Assembly: GCA_002327985.1 (NCBI GenBank)
Contig: DCVM01000181.1
Coordinates: 24,528-88,527, forward strand
Reading direction: 5' to 3'
From: Syntrophaceae bacterium UBA2188
GTDB lineage: Bacteria; Desulfobacterota; BSN033; UBA1163
DNA: 64,000 nt
Shown: positions 38,841 to 48,792 of the stretch, in pieces
Numbering within the stretch: position 1 is the stretch's first letter
Layout: every line of letters begins with the position of its first letter
Translations under genes and position numbers: made by a program
Notes under the pieces: model-generated
The model's database searches: none
What the model saw: only the letters and a program-made list of their open reading frames with translations
Told to the model about the DNA's origin: nothing

Positions 38841-39977
38841 TTAGTACAGATATTTCACCCTGACTTCCTCAGAAAGGGAACTTTCATTCTTGAGAACAGA
38901 ATAATCCACCGCTGTGATGGCATACTCATATTCTTGCTTAAAAACAACATCTTTATCAAGATAGGTCTCCTTCGTCAAAGGACTCTCGTTCAACCTTCTA
39001 AACTCTTTTTCCCCAGGTTTTCTTCGATAGATATAATATCCCAGAAAGTCGGGCTCACGATTCCTTCTCCAATTCAGTTCCATCCCATCTTTAAGGGGGA
39101 TCGCCACCAGACCCACAGGAGAAACGGGTGCGGTGAGGTCTGTGGGGGTGACCGAAACCTCCAAGGATCCCTTCCCTTCTACATCCGTTTTGACCACTCT
39201 TCTCACGGCTCTCACTGAATAGATATATTTCTTTTCGTTCTCCACATTCAAGTCTGAATAATAAGTCGTTGTCACCGGATCCCGGTTCAAGGGCCGGTTA
39301 GAAAATACGTCCTCCTCTCCTCTTCGATAAACATGATAGCCTGTTGCCCCTTCCACAGGGTCCCAGAAGAGTTCTACTCTTTTATCTCCCCTCTCTCCAT
39401 TCACCCTCCTTGGCGCAGGGGGGGCGTCATCCCAGTAGACGGTGACTGGATTCGAAGGAGCACTCAGGTATCCTCTCCGATTGATTGAAATCACCTGATA
39501 GACATAAACTTTTCTTGCCTCTTGGTCTTCAAATAAGATCGCCATTCTTTTTTTTCTGCTCTCTTCCTTTCCACCCTCCTGACCTTTTTCCTTGCTCACC
39601 TTCTTACCCTTTTCCTTGCTATCTCTCTTTCCCTCTTCCTTGCTCTCCACCTTCCCCTCATAGACCACCCTGGCTTTCGTTCCGCATCCCTTACATTCTT
39701 CTCCAATAAGAATTCCTTCGGATCTTAAAACCTGAAAGCCTTCCAAATCGGTGAGAGGCGACTTATCTGTATTTTCTTTGGGGAAGGTCCATTCTAAAAG
39801 GAGACGGCTCTCTCGGCAGGTCGCCTCGAGATCAACGATTCTTTTGGGAACGATGGAATCCCAGGGCACAGGGGGACCCTTCTTGGCGCAACCAATGGCT
39901 AGGAGTAGAATGGTAAAAATCAATATAATTGTTTTCATGTTAAACACCTTGAAGTCTTTGTTACCTTCCTGTCTCAC
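38841..39977 (-). CDS. lipoprotein with Lys/Glu-rich tandem repeats and FN3-like domains
   Basis: Lipobox LAIGC; low-complexity KE repeats SKEEGKRDSKEKGKKVSKEKGQEGGKEE encoded by ttccttgct repeats at 39540-39665; FN3-like segments (VELFWDPVEGATGYHVYRR; MELNWRRNREPDFLGYYIYRR). Confidence 0.5.
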   Translation of the reverse strand: MRQEGNKDFKVFNMKTIILIFTILLLAIGCAKKGPPVPWDSIVPKRIVDLEATCRESRLLLEWTFPKENTDKSPLTDLEGFQVLRSEGILIGEECKGCGTKARVVYEGKVESKEEGKRDSKEKGKKVSKEKGQEGGKEESRKKRMAILFEDQEARKVYVYQVISINRRGYLSAPSNPVTVYWDDAPPAPRRVNGERGDKRVELFWDPVEGATGYHVYRRGEEDVFSNRPLNRDPVTTTYYSDLNVENEKKYIYSVRAVRRVVKTDVEGKGSLEVSVTPTDLTAPVSPVGLVAIPLKDGMELNWRRNREPDFLGYYIYRRKPGEKEFRRLNESPLTKETYLDKDVVFKQEYEYAITAVDYSVLKNESSLSEEVRVKYLY

Positions 39978-40020
39978 GCAAACTCCTAGTGTAGTGTCTC
40001 AGTAATCACTTTACAATGAT

Positions 40021-40085
40021 TCCAAGAGTTGTCATTCCTGTGAAAGCAGGAATCCAGAATGAAAACACTGGATTCCGGATCAAGT
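40021..40085. other. intergenic structured element with nested or alternative hairpins built from GGAATCC/GGATTCC motifs
   Basis: gtcattcctg-tgaaag-caggaatccag-aatgaaaacact-ggattccgga-tcaagt-ccggaatgac; three mutually exclusive or nested stems. Confidence 0.4.
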
Positions 40086-40221
40086 CCGGAATGACAGAAT
40101 GTGTAAAGTTTTTTCTGAAACAGGACACTAGCGGACCGCTACGCTTAAGGCAAATTTCGAATCCTACCCTTTCGCCTCAAGTACCGCTTTGCAGGACGCT
40201 CCTCCAGCCTCCATCGTTTTC

Positions 40222-40902
40222 TCATTTTCTTGGTCCAAAGATGGCTGTCCCCACACGAACGAAGGTGGCCCCTTCCTCAATGGCAATCTCAAAATCATTC
40301 GACATTCCCATGGAGAGTTCCTTCATCAGAACCCCTTCTTTGATCATCTTCTCTTTTAATTCTCTAAGCGCAATATAATATGGCCGACTCAATTCCGGCG
40401 AATCGAAATAGGGGGGCATGGTCATCAGTCCTTCTAAGGAAAGATGACTAAGATTTTGAATCCCTTTAGCAAGATTCAACACCCTCTCTTCATCGATTCC
40501 AAACTTGGTGGTCTCCTGAGAGAGATTGACTTCAATCATTACTTGGATTACTTGATTCGCCTGTTCGGCCCTACGATTCAATTCCTCGGCCAGAGGAAGG
40601 CTATCTAAGGAGTGTACCATATCGAAGAGGCGAACGGCATATTTTGCTTTATTCGACTGAAGGTGTCCGATAAAGTGCCAGGATACGCGTTTCCCAATCT
40701 CGTCGATCTTTTTTTGCGCCTCCTGAATATAATTTTCGCCCAGGATAGAGACCCCTGCTTGAATCGCTTCGTTGATTCGGGCAACCTCTACGGTTTTGGA
40801 AACCGCAACCAACTTAATCTCGTGGGGATCTCTCCCTGCTCTTTGAGCCGCCTTTTCTATTCTCTGCTTCACTCCTAATAAGTTTTTTTTAATTTCTGAC
40901 AT
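40222..40902 (-). CDS. yggS: PLP homeostasis protein YggS family (alanine racemase N-domain fold)
   Basis: LVAVSKTVEVARINEAIQAGVSILGENYIQE ... WHFIGHLQSNKAKY. Confidence 0.8.
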   Translation of the reverse strand: MSEIKKNLLGVKQRIEKAAQRAGRDPHEIKLVAVSKTVEVARINEAIQAGVSILGENYIQEAQKKIDEIGKRVSWHFIGHLQSNKAKYAVRLFDMVHSLDSLPLAEELNRRAEQANQVIQVMIEVNLSQETTKFGIDEERVLNLAKGIQNLSHLSLEGLMTMPPYFDSPELSRPYYIALRELKEKMIKEGVLMKELSMGMSNDFEIAIEEGATFVRVGTAIFGPRK

Positions 40903-40906
40903 CTCT

Positions 40907-41512
40907 TCAATCTATGATCTGTAATCCAAATTCCGAAATGGTAATGGCTCCCAAACGATGGAGCATCTGAATAACCTCACACAGGGGAAGCCCTACGACA
41001 TTGGTATAGGATCCTTGGATCGATTCAATCATAAAGGAACCGATTCCTTGAATAGCATATCCTCCTGCCTTGTCAAAGGGTTCGCCCGTCTGCACATACC
41101 ACTTCATCTCTTCGTGAGTCAAGGTTTTCACCCTGACTGCTGTTTGAACGGCCCCGTGATCGCTCTTCCGTTTTCCTAAATGGTAAATCGAAAACCCCGT
41201 CAAGACCCGATGCTCCTGCCCATTTAAGCGGCATAGCATTTCCATGGCTTCATCCCGGTTCTTTGGTTTGCCTAAAATGAAGCCATTAATAGTCACAATG
41301 GTATCTGCAGCAATCACCCAACGATCCGGATATTCGCTCGCTACCTCTCTCGCTTTGGCTTCAGCTAATCGACAGACATGCTCTTGAGGAGATTCAGCTC
41401 GGACAATATCCTCTACCACCCTGCTTGGAACCACCTCAATATCAAGACCCAATTGTTTGAGCAATTCATATCGCCGAGGAGACTTGGAGGCTAAAATGAG
41501 CCAGGCATTCAT
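40907..41512 (-). CDS. maf: Maf-like nucleoside triphosphate pyrophosphatase
   Basis: LILASKSPRRYELLKQLGLD ... GKPKNRDEA ... GLPL Maf motifs. Confidence 0.8.
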   Translation of the reverse strand: MNAWLILASKSPRRYELLKQLGLDIEVVPSRVVEDIVRAESPQEHVCRLAEAKAREVASEYPDRWVIAADTIVTINGFILGKPKNRDEAMEMLCRLNGQEHRVLTGFSIYHLGKRKSDHGAVQTAVRVKTLTHEEMKWYVQTGEPFDKAGGYAIQGIGSFMIESIQGSYTNVVGLPLCEVIQMLHRLGAITISEFGLQIID

Positions 41513-41622
41513 TTCTTAAAAACTAAAGGAATTCAATAGGTTTGTCAAGTTTGAAATGGGAAATTTCTTCTTTTTGAAAATTGAAAGGATCTTTGGGATC
41601 GGTCCACCCTAAAAAGCTTAAT

Positions 41623-41648
41623 TAAAAAAAAGCGCCCTTACGGGCGCT
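41623..41648 (-). terminator. rho-independent terminator downstream of hsp20
   Basis: On the minus strand, gagcgcccgtaagggcgct is followed by TTTTTTTT. Confidence 0.6.
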
Positions 41649-41682
41649 CGTGGTTTCAATCAATAAACCCTTTATTTAAATT

Positions 41683-42141
41683 TCATTCAACCTTGATTTT
41701 GATCTCTTTCTTCTTGGCTTCTTCGGATTTAGGAAGGGTGACTTTCAAAACCCCATTTTTAAAAGAAGCCGCAATCTTCTCGCTCTGCACCTCTTTAGGA
41801 AGTCGAATCGAACGGGTAAAGGACCCATAACTTCTCTCTATCATATGGTAATTTTCTTCTTTTTCTTCTTTTTCTTCTTTCTCATGCTTTTTCTCGCCCT
41901 TGATCGTTAGAAGGTCATGGGTCATAGAGATATCAATATCTTTAGGGTCCAAACCCGGGAGTTCGGCCTTGATGACGATGTCAGTCTTTGTCTCTGAGAC
42001 ATCAATAGAAGGAAGCCATTCCCTCATCTCTTCACCCCTCCTCATGGGCCTCCCTTCCAAAAAGGAATCCCAAAGCCGGTCCATCTCCCTTCTTATCCTA
42101 TCAAATTCAAAAGGTCTCCAAGGTGTAAGTTCCCATACCAT
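41683..42141 (-). CDS. Hsp20/alpha-crystallin family small heat shock protein
   Basis: 152 aa; alpha-crystallin domain (DIVIKAELPGLDPKDIDISMTHDLLTIKGEKK ... GVLKVTLPK). Confidence 0.8.
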   Translation of the reverse strand: MVWELTPWRPFEFDRIRREMDRLWDSFLEGRPMRRGEEMREWLPSIDVSETKTDIVIKAELPGLDPKDIDISMTHDLLTIKGEKKHEKEEKEEKEENYHMIERSYGSFTRSIRLPKEVQSEKIAASFKNGVLKVTLPKSEEAKKKEIKIKVE

Positions 42142-42228
42142 AAACCATTCCTCCTTTCTACTTATCTCAAACCTCTTCCCAAAAAATAATCACTCTTTTA
42201 AATTTGTCAAGCCCCCTGTTTGCCTGCC

Positions 42229-42849
42229 TCATTGTGAAAAGAGATTTGCCCATTCCATGATCCCTGTTCGAATAACCATCACAGCAAAAGCGGCCAATAG
42301 TAGGGAAAAGACTTTCCCAATGCCTTTCGCTCCTCCCTCTTTAAGGATTCTCATAATCCATTGAGATTGGGTGAAAACAAACCAGACGACCAATAGATTG
42401 AGGATCAGACAGAAAATGGTTGACCCGTATCCATGGGTATTCACGGCCATTAAAAGCAAGGTGAGGACGGCTGGTCCCACAATCAATGGAATGCCAATGG
42501 GGACCACCCCCAAACTTTCCTTTGGAAAGGTTCGAGTCTTTTCTGGAAAGATTAAATCGACCACGGCAAGGATAAAAAGAAGAACACCACCTGCCACCTT
42601 AAAATCAGAAACCGATATCCCTAACAAGGCCAAAACAGTTTTACCCACTGCCAAAAATCCAAGGCTTACTAAAAAGGCGGTCAGGATAGATTGCCGCACC
42701 ACCCTCTTACGCTCAGGAGGGGCCATGTCTCCGGTGAGTGAAACAAAAATAGGAAGAATCCCAAGAACATCAATGGCCACAAAGAACGGGATAAAGGGTA
42801 AAAACAGTTTGGCGGAGAGCAGTGGTTTTAAAAATGTAAGCCAATCCAT
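42229..42849 (-). CDS. MarC family (UPF0056) integral membrane protein
   Basis: 206 aa, 6 TM segments; N-terminal LFLPFIPFFVAIDVLGILPIFVSLT typical of MarC. Confidence 0.7.
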   Translation of the reverse strand: MDWLTFLKPLLSAKLFLPFIPFFVAIDVLGILPIFVSLTGDMAPPERKRVVRQSILTAFLVSLGFLAVGKTVLALLGISVSDFKVAGGVLLFILAVVDLIFPEKTRTFPKESLGVVPIGIPLIVGPAVLTLLLMAVNTHGYGSTIFCLILNLLVVWFVFTQSQWIMRILKEGGAKGIGKVFSLLLAAFAVMVIRTGIMEWANLFSQ

Positions 42850-42978
42850 ATCAATCCCCTTGTTCTCTTTGTACTCAAATGATCATACTTTCTTGGGTGG
42901 TTGTCAATCCCGTTCAAGTGAGAGTCGAAGGGTTGACTCTCTACTTCAAATCTGATACTTAAATAGAAAAGGCACCGG

Positions 42979-43467
42979 ATGAAACAAAAAATTAAATCGA
43001 GAAAAGAACTTCTCAAAATCATCAAAAACCTCAAGGCAAAAGGAAAGCGAATCGTCTTTACAAACGGTTGTTTTGATCTTCTTCACATTGGCCATATCCG
43101 TTATCTTGAAAAAGCCAAGGCCCTCGGAGACGTCTTGGTGATCGGGGTCAACAGCGATCATTCCGTCCGAAGGCTGAAAGGACCTGGAAGACCTATCCTC
43201 CCTGAAACAGAAAGAAGTGAAGTTCTTTCCGCCCTTGGATGCGTAGATTATGTTACCCTTTTTGATGAAATCGATCCATTGACACTCATCACTGCTCTTG
43301 AGCCCCATGTTCTGGTTAAGGGAGGAGATTGGAAAAAAGAACAGATCGTAGGGAGGGAAGTGGTTCAAAGGACGGGAGGGAAAGTGGTGATCATTCCTTT
43401 TGTCCAAAGGGCTTCCACCTCAAATCTCATCAAAACCATTTTGGAACGTTATGAAAAAAGGAACTGA
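42979..43467 (+). CDS. D-glycero-beta-D-manno-heptose 1-phosphate adenylyltransferase (RfaE domain II-like cytidylyltransferase)
   Basis: [35 protein letters not shown] (HxGH nucleotidyltransferase motif); 162 aa. Confidence 0.7.
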   Translation: MKQKIKSRKELLKIIKNLKAKGKRIVFTNGCFDLLHIGHIRYLEKAKALGDVLVIGVNSDHSVRRLKGPGRPILPETERSEVLSALGCVDYVTLFDEIDPLTLITALEPHVLVKGGDWKKEQIVGREVVQRTGGKVVIIPFVQRASTSNLIKTILERYEKRN

Positions 43468-45832
43468 AAAAGATCTGCTCTCCCTTCCGGAAACACTTCC
43501 CCTGCTTCCTGTCAGGGATATCGTCGTCTTTCCCTATATGGTTCTTCCGCTTTTTGTCAGTCGTGAAAAGTCAATCAAATCGTTAGAAGAAGCCCTTTCT
43601 AAGGACCGACTGATCTTCCTGGTAGCTCAGAAAAAACTGTCAGAGGAAGACCCCTCCCCCAAAGACCTCTATCGTATGGGAACGGTGGCAATCGTGATGA
43701 AAATGCTTAAACTTCCCGATGGGAAGGTTAAGATCCTCGTCCAGGGACTGTCCAAGGCATCCATCAAAGAAACAATCCAAACCTCGCCTTGTCTCCTGGT
43801 GAGAGTTGAGAATATCAAAGACCCTTTTATCACGGAGATTACCCTTGAGACAGAAGCCCTGATGAGAAATGTCAGGGAACAATTGGAGAGGATTGTCTCT
43901 TACGGTAAACTTCTCTCGCCTGACCTGATGTTCGTCCTCGAAAGCGTGGATGACCCAGGAAGGTTAGCGGACTTAGTGGCTTCCAACTTGGACCTCACGG
44001 TTGAAAAAGCCCAGGAGATTTTAGAAATCCTCGACCCGCTCCAAAGATTGAAGGCATTGAACGAGCTCCTTGGAAAAGAAGTTCAGGTCCTCACCATGCA
44101 GGCCAAGATTCAATCTCAGGCCAAGGAAGAAATGACCAAAACCCAGAGGGAATATTTTCTTCGAGAACAGATGAGGGCGATCCGAAGCGAACTGGGCGAA
44201 ATGGACGAGCACAACGATGAAATCAAGACCCTCCGCCAGAATATTAAGAAGGCAAAGATGCCCAAAGAGGTTGAGAAGGAGGCTCGGCGAGAATTGGAAC
44301 GACTGGAGCAGATGCATCCTGATGCCGCAGAGGCCTCCATGGTTCGTACTTATCTTGACTGGTTGATCGATATGCCCTGGTCCCATGCAACCGCTGATAA
44401 CCTCGATCTGACTAAGGCAAAAAAAGTTTTAGACGAAGATCACTATAACTTAGAAAAAGTGAAAGAGCGGATTTTGGAATACTTGAGTGTCCATAAGTTG
44501 AAAAAAAAGATGAAGGGGCCTATCCTTTGCTTCATCGGACCCCCTGGGGTCGGAAAAACCTCTTTGGGCAAATCAATTGCTCGGGCCCTGAGGAGAAAAT
44601 TTGTCAGGATTTCCTTGGGAGGAATAAGAGACGAGGCTGAGATTCGTGGCCACCGTCGGACCTACGTTGGTGCTTTACCAGGCCGGGTCATCCAATCCAT
44701 CAAACAAGCCGGAAGTCGTAATCCAGTTTTCATGATGGATGAAGTAGATAAAATTGGCATCGACTTCCGAGGAGATCCCGCCTCTGCTCTTTTAGAGGTC
44801 CTCGATCCAGAACAGAACAATGCCTTTAGCGATCACTATCTCAATGTTCCCTTCGACCTCTCCCAAGTGATGTTCATCACCACTGGAAACTTGACCGATC
44901 CCATCCCCTCCGCCCTCAAGGATCGGATGGAGGTGATTAATCTTCCTGGATACACCGACCTAGAAAAAATGAAGATTGCACGAACCTTTCTTCTCCCCCG
45001 TCAGATGGAGGAAAATGGGATTAACCCGAAGATGCTTGAGATTTCTGACAAAGCGATCCTCCAGATCATCTCGCAATACACTCAAGAGGCAGGTCTCCGG
45101 AACCTTGAAAGGGAATTGGCCTCCATCTGCAGAAAAGTTGCTCGGAAAGTGGCCGAAGGCCTGCCTACCTCTCGCTCGGCAGGGACTGGGGCCAGGAAGC
45201 AGGAAAAAACCAAAATCAATGTAAAGAACCTCCACCAATTTTTAGGCTCTCCCCCCTACCTGCCAGATGAGGAACAAAAACGTAATGAGGTGGGTGTGGC
45301 AACAGGTCTGGCTTGGACAGAAACAGGAGGAGAAATTCTCCATGTGGAGGCCTCCACCACCCCTGGAAAAGGCTCGCTCATCCTGACCGGTCATCTTGGA
45401 GATGTCATGAAAGAGTCAGCCCAGGCCGCGCTCACCTATGCCCGATCCAAAGGAAAATCTTATCGGATTCATCCCAATGCCCTGAACAATAAAGAGATTC
45501 ATATTCATGTGCCTGCAGGCGCCATCCCAAAGGATGGACCCTCTGCCGGCATTACCATGGCGACTGCTATCTTCTCAACTCTCACCGGTATTCCTGTCAG
45601 GAAGGATGTCGCCATGACGGGCGAGATCACGCTGAGAGGAAGAGTTCTACCGGTTGGAGGTCTGAAGGAGAAGGTCCTTGCCGCCCTCCGAAATAAAATT
45701 AAAGAGGTGATCATCCCTTACCTAAACAAAAAGGATTTCATCGATCTTCCCCTATATGTACGAAAAAAAATCAACTTCATTCCTGTCAAACATATGGATG
45801 AAGTATTGAAGATCGCCTTGGTCAAAAAATAA
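43451..45832 (+). CDS. lon: ATP-dependent Lon protease
   Basis: [22 protein letters not shown]-domain; Walker [10 protein letters not shown]; catalytic [15 protein letters not shown]. Start at ATG 43451; the track start at 43400 over-extends into rfaE. Confidence 0.9.
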   Translation: MKKGTEKDLLSLPETLPLLPVRDIVVFPYMVLPLFVSREKSIKSLEEALSKDRLIFLVAQKKLSEEDPSPKDLYRMGTVAIVMKMLKLPDGKVKILVQGLSKASIKETIQTSPCLLVRVENIKDPFITEITLETEALMRNVREQLERIVSYGKLLSPDLMFVLESVDDPGRLADLVASNLDLTVEKAQEILEILDPLQRLKALNELLGKEVQVLTMQAKIQSQAKEEMTKTQREYFLREQMRAIRSELGEMDEHNDEIKTLRQNIKKAKMPKEVEKEARRELERLEQMHPDAAEASMVRTYLDWLIDMPWSHATADNLDLTKAKKVLDEDHYNLEKVKERILEYLSVHKLKKKMKGPILCFIGPPGVGKTSLGKSIARALRRKFVRISLGGIRDEAEIRGHRRTYVGALPGRVIQSIKQAGSRNPVFMMDEVDKIGIDFRGDPASALLEVLDPEQNNAFSDHYLNVPFDLSQVMFITTGNLTDPIPSALKDRMEVINLPGYTDLEKMKIARTFLLPRQMEENGINPKMLEISDKAILQIISQYTQEAGLRNLERELASICRKVARKVAEGLPTSRSAGTGARKQEKTKINVKNLHQFLGSPPYLPDEEQKRNEVGVATGLAWTETGGEILHVEASTTPGKGSLILTGHLGDVMKESAQAALTYARSKGKSYRIHPNALNNKEIHIHVPAGAIPKDGPSAGITMATAIFSTLTGIPVRKDVAMTGEITLRGRVLPVGGLKEKVLAALRNKIKEVIIPYLNKKDFIDLPLYVRKKINFIPVKHMDEVLKIALVKK

Positions 45833-45954
45833 CATGACCGTGCCCCGTACCGCATCAGGGTGACGAAACGAGTTTCCTTATCTACGGTGGGAAGGACAGG
45901 CAGGATAGTCCTGATCGCTTGACATGACTGCTTTGGTAACACCTTGAAGGGATC

Positions 45955-46959
45955 TTGATGAAAGTGTACATCAGTGAAATCAAAGAGAATGATAGTATTG
46001 ATTCCTTTTTTCTGGTCAAAGAGAAATCTTCCGGGGTCACCAAAACGGGGAATACCTACTTGAAATTGAAACTGGTGGATCGCTCTGGAGAAATTGAAGG
46101 CAGGATTTGGACATCCGTGCAAAACCTTGACGAATCCTTTGAGAAGGATGATTTTGTCCATGTGGTGGGAAGGGCTGTTTCCTTCCAGGAACATCTTCAA
46201 TTGAATATTACTCAAATTCAAAGGGTGGGGGAAGAAGAAATTCTTTTTTCAGACTTCCTCCCGACAGCCGAAAAAGATATTGAGGAAATGTTCCATTCCC
46301 TTGTTGAAATCAGCCAACAAATAAAAGATCATCACCTCTATTCACTCTTACAACTCTTCTGGGAGGACGAATCTTTTACCCAGCGTTTTAAATTGGCCCC
46401 CGCTTCAAAGTGGCTCCATCATAATTATTTAGGGGGACTCTTAGACCACACGCTTTCTTTAGTCCAGTTGGTATTAAAAAATGCCAGCCATTACAGTGGG
46501 CTGAACTTGGACCTCCTCCTCACCGCCTCGATCCTTCATGATCTCGGTAAGATCGATGAACTCTCTTACCATCGATCTTTTGACTATTCAGACGAGGGGA
46601 GGCTTCTGGGTCATATCCTCCTCGGGATAGAACGAGTGGAAAGTAAAATCCGCCAGCTCCCTGATTTTCCAAAAGACCTTTCTATCCTGCTAAAACACCT
46701 TCTCCTTAGCCACCACGGTCAATACATTTGGGGATCACCCAAGAGGCCGATGACTCTTGAAGCAATAATGCTCCATTATCTTGATGACATGGATGCAAAA
46801 ATGAGTGGAATTCAGCAATTTCTAAAAAAACAGGCCTCTGAGGGATCGAGGTGGAGTGGCTACCACCGTTTATTTGAACAATATTTTTATATGCCAACTC
46901 TTTTGGAAAAGATGGAACTACCTGATAAGATTGTGAAAAATGGACTGGAAGAGGAATAA
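45955..46959 (+). CDS. YhaM-like 3'-5' exoribonuclease (OB-fold + HD domain)
   Basis: N-terminal OB fold; HD-domain motifs HHNYLGGLLDHTL, ILHDLGK, LSHHGQ, HYLDDMDAK. Confidence 0.6.
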   Translation: MMKVYISEIKENDSIDSFFLVKEKSSGVTKTGNTYLKLKLVDRSGEIEGRIWTSVQNLDESFEKDDFVHVVGRAVSFQEHLQLNITQIQRVGEEEILFSDFLPTAEKDIEEMFHSLVEISQQIKDHHLYSLLQLFWEDESFTQRFKLAPASKWLHHNYLGGLLDHTLSLVQLVLKNASHYSGLNLDLLLTASILHDLGKIDELSYHRSFDYSDEGRLLGHILLGIERVESKIRQLPDFPKDLSILLKHLLLSHHGQYIWGSPKRPMTLEAIMLHYLDDMDAKMSGIQQFLKKQASEGSRWSGYHRLFEQYFYMPTLLEKMELPDKIVKNGLEEE

Positions 46960-47077
46960 TTAAATCTTCCATTTTCTTGACAAACCGACCCTCCATAATT
47001 ATCTTTGAAGGACCAAATAAATATTATTTTAGGCACTTAGTTCTGTATTGTTTGGGTTTCAAGAGGAGAAGGGTCAG

Positions 47078-48121
47078 ATGAGTTTTGCCGTTTCTGAGAG
47101 AATGAGACGGGTTTTAGAGATGGTGATTGAGGATTATATCCGCTGGGCAGAACCAGTGGGTTCAAAGACCATTTCTAAAAAATCCAATCTCAACCTAAGC
47201 CCTGCTACCATCCGAAATATTATGTCCGACTTGGAAGATTTGGAATTACTTTCTCAACCCTATACCTCGGCAGGAAGGATCCCTACAGAGAAGGGACTTC
47301 GGTTCTACATTGATTCGATTCTCAACGTTCATGAACTCAGTGACCAGGAGCAACAGGAGATCCGATCCAGATATCTCAGTCATCTTATGGAGGGACCGGA
47401 CCTCTTCAGGGAAACGTCTCGCATCCTTTCCTTATCCTCTCATTATTTAGGAATTGTATGGGCACCCCGGATGAGTTCGGTTGTCCTTCAACATATAGAG
47501 TTTGTGAAATTAAGAAAATATTTGGTTCTGGCCATTGTCGTCAGCACCACCGGTTCCATTCATAACCGAATCATTGAAATAGAGGAAATTTTCTCGCAAT
47601 CTGAATTAGATCATCTTTCAGATTATTTAAATAGTTTCCTCACCGGCCTCACCCTTTCCCAGGTGAGAGAGAAACTTCTGGAGCAGATGAGGGTGACCAA
47701 GAACGCCTATGACCGCTTGCTTGAACAGGCACTCAAATTGGGTGAGAAGGCCTTTTCCTCCATGGATGACACGGATGTCTTTATCGAGGGAAAGACCAAT
47801 ATTTTGAATGAACCTGAATTCAGTAACGTTTCAAGAATGACCGATCTGTTTCGAACCTTTGAGGAAAAAGCCACGATGGTGAAACTTTTGGATAAATTTT
47901 TGGACCCCAGAAGGGTTCAAATTGCAATTGGCTCTGAGAGCCAGGTCCAAGAAATGGAAACATGCAGCCTCGTGACATCCACCTATGGGTGTGCAGGGCA
48001 GGTCTGGGGAGCGTTGGGCGTCATCGGACCTCGTAGGATGAATTATTCGAAAATCATCCCCTTGGTGGATTACTCTGCAAAATTGCTGACAGAGATCTTA
48101 GAGAAGGATTACCACTCATAA
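47078..48121 (+). CDS. hrcA: heat-inducible transcription repressor HrcA
   Basis: MSFAVSERMRRVLEMVIEDYIRWAEPVGSKTI; start at ATG 47078 with RBS GGAGAAGGG; hrcA-grpE-dnaK order. Confidence 0.85.
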   Translation: MSFAVSERMRRVLEMVIEDYIRWAEPVGSKTISKKSNLNLSPATIRNIMSDLEDLELLSQPYTSAGRIPTEKGLRFYIDSILNVHELSDQEQQEIRSRYLSHLMEGPDLFRETSRILSLSSHYLGIVWAPRMSSVVLQHIEFVKLRKYLVLAIVVSTTGSIHNRIIEIEEIFSQSELDHLSDYLNSFLTGLTLSQVREKLLEQMRVTKNAYDRLLEQALKLGEKAFSSMDDTDVFIEGKTNILNEPEFSNVSRMTDLFRTFEEKATMVKLLDKFLDPRRVQIAIGSESQVQEMETCSLVTSTYGCAGQVWGALGVIGPRRMNYSKIIPLVDYSAKLLTEILEKDYHS

Positions 48122-48136
48122 TGAGGAGCCATTAGG

Positions 48137-48760
48137 ATGGAAAGATCGGAAAAAAAGAAGATCCCCGTAACCTCAGAAAGATCACTGGAAGGAAATGGAG
48201 AAATCCTATCACCAAGTGTGACCGAAGAGGACTCCCCAAAAAATAAGAAGAAAAAAGAGGACAAAGAAATCGGGGAACTGAAAAAGAAACTGGAGGAAAA
48301 AGAGAAAGAATCAAAAGAGACTTACGATCGTCTGCTGAGATCGGCAGCCGATTTTGAAAATTATAAAAAGAGAGCGGCTAAAGAAAAAGAGGAATGGACC
48401 AAATTTGCCAATGAGGATTTAATCAAAGGGGTTCTTCCATTTATTGATAATTTGGAGAGGGCAGTCAGCCACGCTCAAAAGGTCAATGACGCTGGGGTTT
48501 TAATTGAGGGAGTTCGATTAACCCTTCAACAACTTCTCCAGGTCCTTAATAAGTTGGGACTGTCTGCTTTTGAATCGGTTGGAAAACCTTTTGATCCAGC
48601 CGTGCATGAAGCCATGTTGGTCGTGGAAACGGATCAATTTGAACCGAATCAGGTGATCGAGGAGTTTCAAAAGGGTTACCGCTTGAATGACCGGCTCTTG
48701 AGGCCGGCAACCGTTTCCGTGTCGAAGCCTCAAGAAAAAGAGGTACAGACATCGAAATGA
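48137..48760 (+). CDS. grpE: nucleotide exchange factor GrpE
   Basis: RSAADFENYKKRAAKEKEE, GVLPFIDNLERA; between hrcA and dnaK. Confidence 0.85.
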   Translation: MERSEKKKIPVTSERSLEGNGEILSPSVTEEDSPKNKKKKEDKEIGELKKKLEEKEKESKETYDRLLRSAADFENYKKRAAKEKEEWTKFANEDLIKGVLPFIDNLERAVSHAQKVNDAGVLIEGVRLTLQQLLQVLNKLGLSAFESVGKPFDPAVHEAMLVVETDQFEPNQVIEEFQKGYRLNDRLLRPATVSVSKPQEKEVQTSK

Positions 48761-48792
48761 TTTTGAATAAACTTTAAGGAGGGGAAATTAAA

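Noticed and set aside
40150-40175. tRNA-like T-loop motif TTCGAATCC
   Set aside because: Neither strand gives a complementary 5-bp T-stem or an acceptor stem around it; not a tRNA.
40016-40378. 120-aa plus-strand ORF overlapping the structured intergenic element and antisense to yggS
   Set aside because: No RBS, low-complexity translation, and it overlaps the well-supported yggS on the other strand.
46960-47077. Searched for CIRCE (TTAGCACTC-N9-GAGTGCTAA) upstream of hrcA-grpE-dnaK, lon and hsp20
   Set aside because: Only a half-site-like TTAGGCACTT was found upstream of hrcA, with no matching right arm. No confident CIRCE call can be made from this window.
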